From Octopus sinensis (taxonomy: Eukaryota): a DNA stretch of 64,000 bases. A program made the translations under genes and the position numbers. Positions 11,755 through 26,082 of the stretch are shown one piece after another. Position 1 is the stretch's first letter. Each line of letters starts with the position of its first letter. The notes below the pieces were generated by a model. The model was not told the origin of the DNA. It did not search any database and was given only the letters and a program-made list of their open reading frames with translations. The DNA lies in contig NC_043013.1 in the NCBI RefSeq assembly GCF_006345805.1, positions 15,624,001 through 15,688,000 on the forward strand, read 5' to 3'.

Positions 11755-14700
11755 TAATCCTTTCTACTATAGGAACAATACTATAGGGGGGTAGTCGATT
11801 ACATAGTGCGTAACTGGTACTTATTTCATCGACCACGAAAGGATGAAAGGCAAAGTCGACCTCGGCGGAATTTGAACTCAGAACGTAAAGACGGACGAAA
11901 TGCCATTAAACACATTTCCCAGCGTGTTAACGATTCTGCCGGCTCGAATAATAAGCAACAACAAAAAATATACTTTTCTCCTCTTAGCACAAGGCCCGAA
12001 ATTTTGAGTGGGGAGGTCAGTCAATTAGATCAACCCTAGAACTTAACTGGTACTTAATTTATCGATCCCGAAAGGATGAAAGGCAAAGTCGACCTTGGCA
12101 GAATTTGAACTCAAAACGTAAAGACAGACGAAATACTGCTAAGCATTTCGCCGGGTGTGCTAACGTTTCTGCCAGCTCAACGCCTTAACAACAACAAATA
12201 TTCAGTCTTAATACTAAATTAATTACTTCAAGAAAACGAGGTTAGCAGAAACGGTAGAGCATCGGAGTGAACATTTCAACAACATTTGGTTTTATTCCGA
12301 AATACTTCTGTATTAATTCCAGCTGGGGTGAGTCTGAGCTTAAGTTCCTCAATCATCGATAAATATGTACCAAACATGTAGCGGTAGGCGAGGAAAAGAT
12401 CGATAAAATCAATTATCCTACAGGTGAGAGATGTTGTGATGAAATTAGAATTTCAAGAGATATTTATTAACTAAAGATATTTGGTTCTTAACGACATATT
12501 CTGAATTAAACTGCCAACAGACATATGACCTACCTTTTTTCCTTCTGTCGTTCTTGTATTTTCGCTGTCAGTATCTTCTAGAAATTTCTTTATAACTCTG
12601 TGAAGAGTGAAGCGACTGGTTTTATCTTTGGTATTACCAAAACTGTCCAAGGGCAGCGCCCAGGTCATCGCACCACCAAGCTGATAACGTTTTAAATAAT
12701 CGATCTAAAACAAATGAACAAAAAGAAATATTAGTCTAGAATGAATAGAGGCAAATCTACGGAGAAGGGACTTAGGCAAGTGGTTATTCTGTAGAACTGA
12801 AGAACATAGAGTTGTAGATTCGATTTCCAGACCAGGGGATCAGTTCACGTTATTCCAGCTCCATCGACTGAATTAAGTTGCTCCTGTTACAGACTATTAA
12901 CCAGGACATGGGTTTATCAACCTCGTAAACAATGAGCCCTTAATCTTGCAAATTGTCATTTTGTCGTTGATAAACCCGGCACACTGAATGAGGACAGTTG
13001 ATTAAATCAACCCTGGTATCTGACTTGTATTTAAAATAAATTCTCCAGGGCGAGTTTGGAAAGCCAATTAACTTGCGTGAAATATGAACGGAGGACATAA
13101 ACCGATGTAACTAAATACATCAAAGTACTATTAACTTGATCAATACGTGTGTATGATCATGAGTCTACTGTTTGAAATTTCTAAATTCAACATTCAGAAA
13201 GACATTGAAATAATTTTTAAACTATAATTTAATATGAATAAATTAATCACTAAAGTGACACAGAGATCTATCAACAGACATTAACAGAGATTTATCAGCA
13301 GACATTAAATCTACCAACAGACATTAAACCTATCAACAGACAATAAATTAAGCAGAAGAAATTGTATGCGCCATAATACCAAATAAAATTGAGTTCTTAC
13401 CTTTAATCTGATGCTTTGTTCGTCGTCGTAGCCAACCCATTGTTTTTCATGCATGCTGTAGGCATAGGGAACCATCTGTTCCTTATCCCATTTTCTTTTC
13501 CAGCCATTGTCCAGATATTGCTTGATCTATAGAAAATGTAAAATCCAATCCATAATAAATGTGATTGTGGAAGGTGAGAATTTATGAAGCTAAGAATTAA
13601 TATTAACTTTAATTTAAACTGATTATGATGTAACAGTAAAGACCTGAAGTAATAGCAATATGTAAAATCAACGACCGATGATAAATATTGAAGTGCAGCT
13701 GGCAGACGATAAATAATGATGTCAATTGGCAGACGATAAAATCAATAACGATGTCATCTGGCAGACGATAAGGCAATATGGCTACTACTGGGTTAACAAT
13801 AAATATTTATGTATAATTGGTAAATGATAATTAAATCATAGAAAAATTGAAAGACCAAAGACATCTACAGTCGAGAATCAAATCCATAAAGCTATGATAT
13901 TTTGGACATACAATATGCCACGAGTCATTGCTGAAGATCATCTTGATAGGAAGTGTGAAGGAGAAGAAAGCCAGAGGTCATCAAAGATGCTTGTGGACTG
14001 ACATCAAAGAATTAACTGGAAACAAGACTCTAACTGTTTAATGGTATGACACAAAGAACTGGGGAGAAATCTCGTTCTTCTGTTTGTTTCAGATAGAATA
14101 AGTAACCCGCTTTAGATATATAGGCTCCTTGGCATATTAGGGTTCCATAATATTATGGGAGTTCCATTGACACCTGGGGGTTCCACATATTGAGGTTGAA
14201 AATACCATGAATATCCATGTCGATTTAGACTGCAATAGTACTTTGGGATATTGCAGTAAATTAAGGTAATACAGATACTGGCTTCGGGGTTCACAGGTAA
14301 TTCTTAGTTTTACAATAATGTCCTATAATATACTTAGCGCTGGAATGAGAAACTTTCAAAATGACTTGAGAATTAAATTAAGATATATGGTTTGTGAATG
14401 TAAGAATTGAATAAACAGACAGAGGAAAAAAGAAAGGAAGAAACTGATGCACGTCACAAAATAACATTTGTTACTTGAGCAGCTGATCTTTAGACACCAA
14501 CTTTAAGAAAATATTGTACAAAAGTAATAACTTCTCTTGAACAAGAATGTTTGTATGTATATACTAGTGGATGACAGAGTTAGAAGCAGCCAGAGAAAGA
14601 AAGAAAGAAAGAAAGAAGAAAATAAAGGAAGAAAAAAGTAAGAAAGAAAAAAGTAAGAAAGAAAAAAAGAAAGAAAGTTCTTGGGTTAGAAAGGAAATAG

Positions 14701-16619
14701 CTTTCTAAATCTTACCAACGTGGTTTAAGAAACGTGGGTGATGTAACGTTTCCATTTGTCATATTGGTTTTGGCGATATAAAGGTTACAAAACTTACTCT
14801 CCCACGCTTGTATCCAAAATAAATGCAATATCTGTAATTCTAAGTGAGCTCATGTAACTTCAAACAGGGAATTATGATTTCAAAAGGAAATTTATGTCAA
14901 ATTGACCTTAACTTCAGATTCTCTCGACAGTTTGCGCTAAGCATTTTGCGTGCGTTATGCCTCTGAACATTTTCGAAGTCAGGAAGTATATTTTTAAATT
15001 CGATAACGCATCCGTTCATGATGTGATCAAAGTTTCTATTTAAGATATTGGTAGTTATAGTTTAAAACGTCTTTTGGTGTATTCACCTTTGCTCATTCAC
15101 AGACGAATGCTTCGTGCAGATATCTTACAGAAATCCCTTCAACACTGATTTTATTGAAAAAAAAATTTAAAACACATCGGCAGAGAAATATAGTTACAAA
15201 ATTGTTAGGGTTAGGACAGTGATGGTGGTAGTTGTAGTATTGCTGTTGGTGGTGGTGGTAATGTCGTGGTGGCGGTGGTGTGTTAGTGTTAGTAGTAGTA
15301 GTCGTAGTGGTGAGCGTTGTAGCGGTGGGTGGTAGTGGTGGTAGCGGTTGTATTGGTGATGGTGGTAGTGGTTGTGTCGTTGTTTGTAGCGTGTGGTGGT
15401 GATGTGATAGTTGTGGTTGTAGAGGTGATGGTGATGGTGTGAAGGTGTGACGATGTCGATGGTGGTGGTGTTAATGGTAGTGGTTTGATATAATTTGTGA
15501 AGATTTTAAGGCGGTGAGCTGGCAGAAACGTTAGCACGCCGGGCAAAATGCTTAGCAGTATTTCGTCTGTCTTCACGTTCTGCGTTCAAATTCCGCCGAG
15601 GTCGACTTTGCCTTTCATCCTTTCGGCGTCGATAAATTAAGTACCAGTTGCGTACTTGGGTCGATCTAATCGACTGCCCTCCTCCCCAAAAAATTCGGGC
15701 TTTGTACCTAGAGTAGAAAAAAATAATAATAATTTGAGAGGATTTTGCTACTATTTCTAGCAAACCAAGAAACCACGTAGACGTAAACCATTTTGTTTGC
15801 GATTGGAGGTAGGTGTGATGATGATGTCGATGACGATGATAATTATAATGAGGATGAATGATGGTGGTGTTGGTAGTAGTAGTAGTAGTAATAGTAGTAA
15901 GTTCGTGATGTTGATAATATTGATGGTTGCAGTGATGGCTCAAAATTTTGCTGATCTTTCGTTGAGGGTAAATACACTGAAATGTGTATCAGCTGCATGT
16001 GTCATAGGTACACCTTAAGGATGCACTTCTTTTAATTGGTTACAGAGACAGGAGCAAGCTATACCTACGACACGGTGCCTGCTGGTGACTAGACAGGCTG
16101 AGCCAGCGGAAACTAAGGGTCTTCACTCTTGGAGACAGTTAAGATGCGATGGTGAAAATCGGATTGTGACTCCGGCACTCACTGAAACAACAACGAGGGG
16201 TCTGTTATTGGATAGTTGTACCAACAAGATCAGAAGATATCCATTCATGCTGGAATCTTTTATCTTTAACTTTCGTCAGTCATTAGACTGCGGTCATGCT
16301 GGGGTACCGCCTTGAAGAATTTTAGTCGAATGAATAGACCCTAGGACTTATTTATTCTTATAAGCCTGGTACTTATTCTGTCAGTACTTTAGCCGAACCG
16401 CTAAGTTACAGGGACATAAACACAGCAACACCGATTGTCAAGCAGTGTAGACCCCCCCCCACACACACACAGTGCCATACTGCCTGATGAAAGATACAGT
16501 GCACATTTAAACGCATGAGGAATCCACTCATAGGATTCAACACGCTAGAAAGAACAGCTAGGTTCTATAACCACAAACATTAGCGATAATATAAGACAGG
16601 AATTTTTGTGGCTTTATAG

Positions 16620-16665
<46 letters not shown>

Positions 16666-17068
16666 ACATTATTGGTGAATTGAAGAAATGGAGCTGAACG
16701 CAGATTGAACAGAAATCGTTTTATTTCATTCTACACGTGTTTTCGAAAGGCACAAATACCAAAATCCGATGAATAATGGGACCATATTGTGTCTTCTCTT
16801 CAGGAAGAAAAAAGGAAATCCGTTGGAAAAACAAAAACAGAACAGAGGCGGAGCAATAAATAAAACGATTTCTGTTCAATCTGCGTTCAGCTCATTTCTT
16901 CAATTCACCAATAATGTTTTAATTTCAATTATCCGCACCAACGCACGGTTGCAACGCCAGATGGTTGTACCTCAACCGTGCTGTTTACTGCTGTGATTTT
17001 GTACTAAGGTATCGGTTAAACTTTTGATTAATCTACTACAAGATTATTCATCTTTCTATTTCACATAA

Positions 17069-17132
<64 letters not shown>

Positions 17133-18474
17133 ATATATACGAAGGACTTCTTTCACTTCCCGTCTACCAAATCTATTCACAAGGTTTTGGTCGACCCGAG
17201 GACATACTAGAAAACACTTGCCTATGGTGTTACGCAGTCGGACTGAACCCGGAACTGTGTGGTTGGAAAGCAAACTTGCCACACAGTCACACCTGTACGT
17301 GGGAAAGAAAGAAAATATTATATATAATAATTAGCCGCCGTCCTTATCTCAGCTCACATTACTTTCGACAAGCAACCTTCCTATGCAGTCGCTAGTGGAG
17401 GCGCAATGGCCCAGTGGTTAGGGCAGCGGACTCGCGGTTGTAGGATCGCGGTTTCGATTCACAGACCGGGCGTTGTGAGTGTTTATAGAGCGAAAACACC
17501 TAAAGCTCCACGATGCTCTGGCAGGGATGGTGGTGATCCCTGCTGCACTCTTTCACCACAACTTTCTCTCACTCTTACTTCCTGTTTCTGTTGTACCTGT
17601 ATTTCAAAGGGCCGGCCTTGTCACTCTGTGTCACGCTGAATATCCCCGAGAACTACGTTAAGGGTACACGTGTCTGTGGAGTGCTCAGCCACTTACACGT
17701 TAATTTCACGAGCAGGCTTTTCAGTTGTTCGGATCAACCGGAACCCTCGTCGTCGTAACCGACGGAGTGCTTCCCTATGCAGTCGCTACAACTCAGCCCT
17801 GAACTTCATATGATGCAAACAAACTCGCAAATGCCTTTAAAATAAAGGAGTATCACAATGATCCTGGAGGCAACTTCTTTGTGATCGTTGGACCTTCGTA
17901 GTATAATAGTCAGATCTTTCCTAGCAAATTTGTTACTGTATTTCATAAAATAGATCACACAGTTATGTGTTGGAACTTTTATGCAGTCGCTCGACTAATA
18001 AAACTGGCTTGACTCCAAGGATAAATCACCAACCGAATATTATACTAAACGAAACGTAATTCCTCATTCTCAGTTCCACCCCCTAAAATTTCATGCTTAC
18101 CCGTTTACCGTACGTGTGTGTTTGTTTCGTTTGAGGTACATAAATATTATAGTACTTACTTCAGAAAATGCAAGAATACCCTTTTCTTTTGTGAAAGTTC
18201 CTGGTTTTGATTTTCCACAGTTTGGGGAACCTGGTGTAATTTGGTTGGTACAAAATGTAAACCCACGTCCGTACATCGGAATTCCCAGGATTAATTTCTG
18301 TGGCGATGCTCCGCGTTCAATCCATCTTTTAACAACCCAACTCTAAACAAACGAAAAATGGACGTTAGTCCTTTTACTGAGGGTACAAGATATGGAAGAA
18401 CACGCACACATACATACGTACATACATACATACATGTATATATATAAACATATATATATATATATATACATATA

Positions 18475-18505
<31 letters not shown>

Positions 18506-18737
18506 GCATATACATATACATACATATATATATACATACATATATATATATAAACACATATATATATACATATGCATATATATATAGATACATATATATA
18601 CATACATATACATATATATATGCACATATACATATGTATATACATATATATATATACATATGTATATATATATATACTTATATATATATGTCTAGATATA
18701 TATATATACTTATATATATACATACATATATGTGTAT

Positions 18738-18786
<49 letters not shown>

Positions 18787-18859
18787 CATATACATACACA
18801 AATATGTATATACATGTACATACACACACACAGACACACACACATAGATATATAGATAT

Positions 18860-18913
<54 letters not shown>

Positions 18914-19121
18914 GTCTTACCACAGTAACTTTCTCTGAAGGTGTTCCAATATCCACTGACCTCGGATATAAAGGTGCATTAATCTGCATAATTTTTTCCC
19001 AGCCACCATGAAGATCATAGGTCATGAGATTAATAAAGTCCAGGTATCTAGAGGAGCGGAGAAGAAGCAGAGGGTATATATATATAGTGAGGTGCGTGTG
19101 TATTTTTCAGTAGTGATGGTG

Positions 19122-19168
<47 letters not shown>

Positions 19169-19703
19169 TCAAATATGGATTAGAAACAGCGTTAGTGTAG
19201 TAAATATTATCAACCACACGTAGTAGTCAATGTATGAGCTTTGCTTGTTCGTCGGTAGGCTGCGGTTTAGCGCAGTGTGAATGACTCCCGCAAACTCAAA
19301 ATGCCGGTTGTTAAAACAACTGAGAATTATCAACTCTCAATGGCTTTCAGGTGTTTTAACATTTGGCGCTTTGAAGAAGTCATCGTTACCATGTTGAACT
19401 GCATCCTACCAACGAACAGGCAAAGTACATACATTGAGTATGTGTGATCAATAATATATACATATATATATTTACAATATTGTACTTTACACTCTAGGTA
19501 GCCAGGAAAAAAACTGTTACATCGGATGGGAGTTAAAAGAAATTTACCATGAAACGCACCATCTGAAGGAACCAATCTTGACGTTTTACATAGAGAAATT
19601 CAGTATCCACTTGGTTATTATATCCCTCCGCTTACTATATATATATATATATATATATGTGATTGCATGTGTATGTATGTGTGTGTGTGTGTTCGTATAT
19701 GTG

Positions 19704-19751
<48 letters not shown>

Positions 19752-20576
19752 AGGTTTGATCAATAAGTATCCGGATTGTTGGCATAGTAACGAAGCTAAA
19801 GCATGCAGAGTGAAGCCGCTTGGCACAGATTGATTGTAAACTCGGTCGTCCATGTGCACTAAGTTTTAACGTTCTAGCTCACTTCTACTGTTTACAGCAG
19901 TGCTTGGAAGATAGGTGTGTAGCGTGTGATCGTCGCATTGACCATGACAGAGAAAGTTGTCATGGTGATATCTGCTTAGAGGCCTACGTAAAGTTGCAGA
20001 AAGTGTATGGAGAGGAGTGTATCAGCCGCACATAAGTGTACGAGGGGTTCAGATGTTTCCAAGATGGTCCCAAAAATGGTCGATATTGACGAATGTTCTG
20101 GGAGACCCGCAACCAGCAGAACTGAGAGGAACATCACAAATGAGCGTGCAGCTGTGAGGGGAAATCGTCGAATCACCATCCGTGAGTTTTCAGAAGATTA
20201 TTCCCTTTAAACTTATTCCCTTTAAGTTTACAATATCACACAGTCCATTATCACAGAAGATTTGGGTATGAGAAGCGAGTCTGCCAAAAACTGCTTTCAC
20301 CTAACTGAAAAGACACTCGAGTTTCAGATGTACGAGATCTTGATTATACTCTTTTACTCTTTTATACTCTTTTACTTGTTTCAGTCATTTAACTGCGGCC
20401 GTACTGGAGCACCGCCTTTAGTCGAGCAAATCGACCCCGGGACTTATTCTTTGTAAGCCCAGTACTTATTCCATCGGTCTCTTTTGCCGAACCGCTAATT
20501 GTGACGGGGACGTAAACACACCAGCATCAGTTGTCAAGCAATGCTAGGGGGGACAAACACAGACACACAAACATAT

Positions 20577-20607
<31 letters not shown>

Positions 20608-21618
20608 CATATATACGTCAGGCTTCTTTCAGTTTCCGTCTACCAAATCCACTCACAAGGCATTGGTCGGCCCGAGGCTATAGCAGAAGACACTTGCCCA
20701 AGATGCCACGCAGTGGGATTGAACCCGGAACCATGTGGTTGGTAAGCAAGCTACTTACCACACAGCCACTCCTGCGCCTATATTGTGTCGAGAACGATAA
20801 AAACTTTTTGAAAACTTTGCTTAGGCCTCTGAGCAGGTGTTGCCAAGCTTTTGGCAAAATTTGACACAGGTTCTCTGCCCAACTTTATCTGTCATAGTCA
20901 CCTTCCTTCCAGGTACTGGTGTAAACAGCGGAAGTGAGCAAGAATGTTAAAACTTAGTGCGCATGCACAGAAGAGTTCACGGTCAATCTGTATCAAGCGG
21001 ATACACTCTGCGTGTTTTGGCTTCGTTACTATGGCAACACTCTGGATATTGATCAGGCCACGTATATATATATACATATATATATATGTCGTTACTGTCC
21101 TGTTTTTTTACCATTTTTTTACCATTTTTTACCCCTCTGCGAAAAGATCTCAGAATTTTAATTGATTTGCTTTTCGCAGGAAGGAAAGTTTCTTGTCGAG
21201 GATACGTCTCGCTTTTATCCTTCGAAACGTAGAGTAGATGAAACCTTAGCGACTGAAGAAGGGGTTTTTTCGTTGTGTTAATTGTCCTGTACTCCATTTT
21301 TTGTTGTTTTTAAAAAAATGTCCTGTTCCTTTGGTTTGTGTCTATGTTTTCGTTTCTCTTTGTGTTCGACGTCCCTTTGGTGTCCTGTACTCATATATGC
21401 GTGTATATGTACATGTAGAGGTAGGTACGTACATATATGTTTATATATATGCATATGTTTTATTTAATTTATTAATATATATATATATATATATATACAT
21501 ATATATAAATACTGATGTTTGTATTAGTCATATGTAATCAATGGAAAGGTATTTGAATGCGTATATAGTGAAGTGTATACATAATATATATATAGGTATA
21601 CATACATACAGACATACA

Positions 21619-21656
<38 letters not shown>

Positions 21657-22176
21657 ATGAGGTGATGAGATTAATAAATAGCGGGTATGTACAGGCGTGC
21701 AGCAGAAATGCAACAGTCGCAACCAAATGCATGATTTTATTGTGAAACATTTGCTCAAGTATGGTGGACATTGGATGTTGGGATGTTCATCTTTACATAA
21801 TTGCAGGTAATGTGCTGGGGAAAGTGATAGAAATTAAGTTAGTATAGATCCAACAGGAAATCGAACCCAATTTGCAAACTTAATTGTAATACCACGGCAC
21901 TCGGTAGGACGGAAACGTTAATTAAGTACAATCTAATTAGAAGAAACAATTTGTGGTTGGCACCTCAGTTGGCAGATTACGTTCTTGAAATAATTCTTCT
22001 GTATTCCGGTTTTTCTTTTCTTTTCCCTCCGCCATACCTACTTCTTACTCTCCACAAACATACACACGCTCACACTCCTTACTCTCCACGTACCTTACTC
22101 TTCATTATGCATACGCACATACACCTTCCTCTCTATACCTTAATGTCCATACATACATGAATATATACATACATAA

Positions 22177-22213
<37 letters not shown>

Positions 22214-22487
22214 ATATATATAATATATATATATGTATGTATGTATGTATGCACACACACGCACACACACATCCACGTAAACGCACGTATCCACCTTTAC
22301 TCTCTACCAACATACACACCTATAGTCCACATGCACGTACATACACAGCTTACTCTCCACCGCATACACACCAACATTCACATCCACATCGTTGACTACA
22401 TCCCTTCTGTTACTCACCACCACCATCACCACCACCACCACCACCACCACCACCACCACCACCACCACCACCACTACTACTACTACA

Positions 22488-22519
<32 letters not shown>

Positions 22520-22520
22520 A

Positions 22521-22613
<93 letters not shown>

Positions 22614-23689
22614 GTAGTTGCTTTTCCTGTCTTTCTCCTTATACCTCCCCTTCTTTCTAGTATTCCTTCTTCGTCTTGCTCTTCACGCAAATTCTTCCTT
22701 CCTCCTCCTCCTCGTCTCTCTCTTTCTCCTTTCTCCCGCTTTCCTTCCTTTCTCTTTCTCTCTCTCACTTCCCCTTCTCTGTCTCGCTTTCCAAACTCTC
22801 TCCCTTCCTCTGAACCCTCCTCTTCTTCCCTCCCTCTTCTCTGTCTCGCTTTCCAATCCAATAAGAAATCCCACGTATCATGAAAACCAAATTCCGCCAA
22901 ACCGTTTATGGTCTTTGGGTATGTCTCCGGTGAAGGTGACGTCCTGCCGCTCCACATCTTTGAACAGGGACTCAGACTCAATTCAGACTATGTGAAGCTG
23001 ATAGAGATTGTGTAGCATTGTTCATGGTCTTTCAACCAGCTTGACTTGAAGCTGGTTGAAGGTTGTTATAAATCTGAAATCTGATCTGTTGGTGTGGTTG
23101 ACCTCAGTTTCACACCAGTTGCTGGCCAAAGTAAGGATTCTATCTAACTAGGTGAAAGTCTATGTTACTGTTTTGGCAGACATCTTTGTATATTGTAGCA
23201 CTTAATAAGCTTACTCTCAAGTATAGTTCTTGTAATGTATTTTATTTTAGGGTGGTTTAGTTTTATGTTGTTCTTAGTTATTTAGATATGTTCATGGTTG
23301 TGGCATTTATGCTGGGCGGTAGAAAAGAGAAGGACTATATATTAAGTTGGTTTAGAAAAGGTCACGTATTTGTGGAGTTTAGGACATGTGCTTCTATCTT
23401 TCCTTTATAACCCATTTGTGGATGGGATATTAAGCTATCTAGAACTTGTGTTAAATTTCTTAAAAGTTTTGGTATTACTCTTTTACTCTTTTACTTGTTT
23501 CAGTCATTTGACTGTGGCCATGCTGGAGCACTACCTTTAGTCAAGCAAATCGACTCCAGGACTTATTCTTTGTAAGCCTAGTACTTATTCTATCGGTCAC
23601 TTTTGCCGAACCGCTAAGTTATGGGGACGTAAACACACCAGCATCGGTTGTCAAGCGATGTTGGAGGGGACAAACACAAACACATAAAT

Positions 23690-23724
<35 letters not shown>

Positions 23725-24670
23725 GACATATATACGACGGGCTTCTTTCAGTTTCCGTCTACCAAATCCACTCACAAGGCTTTGGTCGGCCCGAAGCTAT
23801 AGTAGAAGACACTTGCCCAAGGTGCCACGCAGTGGGACTGAACCCGGAACCATGTGGTTGGTATCCTCAAGCAGGCGCAACATACTTTCAGGAGCACTCA
23901 CATACCTAGCATCTAAATGGTTGCGTACTTCATCCTAAATAATCTCATAGTTTGAAGTTGTTTTATTGATGTCAACATTGATGGTGTCATACCCCTTGTA
24001 GATATACTTGTAAATATATTTCCCAGGGGAGACGAAGAGGCAAATCTCAACACAAATATGAGCATTGAACTTACGGCACAGATATTTATTGTAGGGCACT
24101 AAATATCGGTTGTCTATTGCATGGTTGCGAACTCGAACTAATGTAATGGCCCTCGACGTCGCCTCTACAACGGGTAACCTTTTGGGTTTATACATGTCTT
24201 TCGTTGATACTCCTTTGGAAATCCTCGTTATTTTTTAAGACACTCGTTATTTTCCATGCAGGGTGCCACGGGGTCGAGATCACCACAGAGCCCATAGATC
24301 ATGCACCTTTTCACTGTTTCATGTAGTAAAAGTTCAGTGACGGGGTTCCGGGATCGCAGCGCAGACAATTTGATTAATTCTTTCAGGATCCTCCAATTTA
24401 TCTTCAAAGTGCAAAATGATCAACAGGTAGGCATGTGGTAAGCCCCTCTTTTGAAATTCAAGGGTGTAGCAGTAAGCAGTGACTCTTCCAAACATATGTT
24501 TCTCAGTGATGTCATTCAAGAGATCGTGCAGCTTTATATTGAAAACACGGGCCACTAAGTCCCGTCTATCTGGCTAAGTTTGGCCTGGAAGTAAATTCTC
24601 TCTAATTTGCTTCTTCTTCAGTTTCATTCTCTAGTCTTAGTCTCTCTCTCTCTCTCTCTCTTTCTCTCTT

Positions 24671-24706
<36 letters not shown>

Positions 24707-25072
24707 ACCATTTCTCCTCTCTGCTGCTTGCTCTTCCGTTTTACCTTGGCGCCGTTGCAATGTTCTCTCTCTATCGATTTCTCTCCTTTGTGCTACTTGC
24801 TCTTCCGTTTCGTCTTGTCGCCTTTGCGATGCTCACATTCTTAGATCTTCTCTCCTCTCTGCTGCTTGCTGTTCTATTTCATCTTACCGCTTTTGTGCTG
24901 CTCTCTGTCTTTGGATATCTCTCCTTTGTGCAATGAGGTTCTCCTTTTCATTTTGGCGTCTTCGAACCTGTCGTCTTGCATCTTGTGCTCTTCTCTCTTG
25001 TCTCATTTCTTGTGGTTTTTCAATCTTTTTGCATCCAGTTCTTCCTGGGTGAGACTGGCTTCTCTTCGCCTT

Positions 25073-25103
<31 letters not shown>

Positions 25104-25128
25104 GTCTGTCTGTCTCTCTCTGTCTGTC

Positions 25129-25173
<45 letters not shown>

Positions 25174-25662
25174 GTCTCTGTCTCTCTCTCTTCTCTCTCT
25201 CTCTCTCTCTCTGGCTAGCAGTCGCCTTCTGTCTGCTTCATTCTCCACAGCAGAAGAAAGAGTATCAGGGAATGGATAACAAATACTATATACCGTAAAT
25301 AAGTTATGATAGTACGTATGACTAAAAGTATCAGTGAACTGATAACAAACACTATATACTGTAAATACACACACATACACATTGGAACCGAAATATTAGA
25401 GAAAATGATCTTCGTAAAATGTAAACAAAACATATCACCTGTGAAATGATTCGTTTGAGTATCCACTAACACTATTTTATAGGGAAGCCTCTGCAAGTAT
25501 ATCTAAGGACGCCCTCTTTGCCACTTCCTCCCTCTCATTGCTATTACTTTCTCTCAGTCATGGCTATTACTCTCTCTACTTCTCTTTCACTGAATTACTA
25601 TTTTCTCTCCCCTGCCTTCACTTATACTACTCTTTATGCTACTCCTCCCACTGTGTGATTGT

Positions 25663-25708
<46 letters not shown>

Positions 25709-26030
25709 TATAATATATAATTCTTTCCTCCACCTCACTCTCTATTTATATCACATCGAAACTAACTATGACTTAGCTTTTCCTCTCATACCGTCTCCGG
25801 CGAAGGGATATTATTATTAATTAATATCCTAGAAACAGCTGTAAGACCTTCTATCTATAAATGTTCTAATATCTATACAGCCTTGGCTTTTTTAATCTCA
25901 TTACACAAAACATTCATATACATACATACATACATACATACATACATCATACATACATACATCATACATACATACATGCATACATACATACATACATACA
26001 TACATACATACATACATACATACATGCATG

Positions 26031-26082
<52 letters not shown>

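Noticed and set aside
14112-14294. 60-aa ORF in intron 6 as an extra chitinase exon
   Set aside because: Exons 6 and 7 join in frame with no missing GH18 sequence, and the ORF has no GH18 similarity.
17395-17470. tRNA gene
   Set aside because: A and B boxes are present, but there is no full cloverleaf and it continues into a SINE body flanked by a 15-bp TSD.
21215-21270. CGAAAC...CTGAAGA as a type II hammerhead (similar layout at 35575-35620)
   Set aside because: Core words are present but in permuted order, and I could not form convincing stems I and II.
23020-23460. Possible Penelope GIY-YIG remnant on the minus strand
   Set aside because: Composition is suggestive but the motifs are too decayed to support a call.
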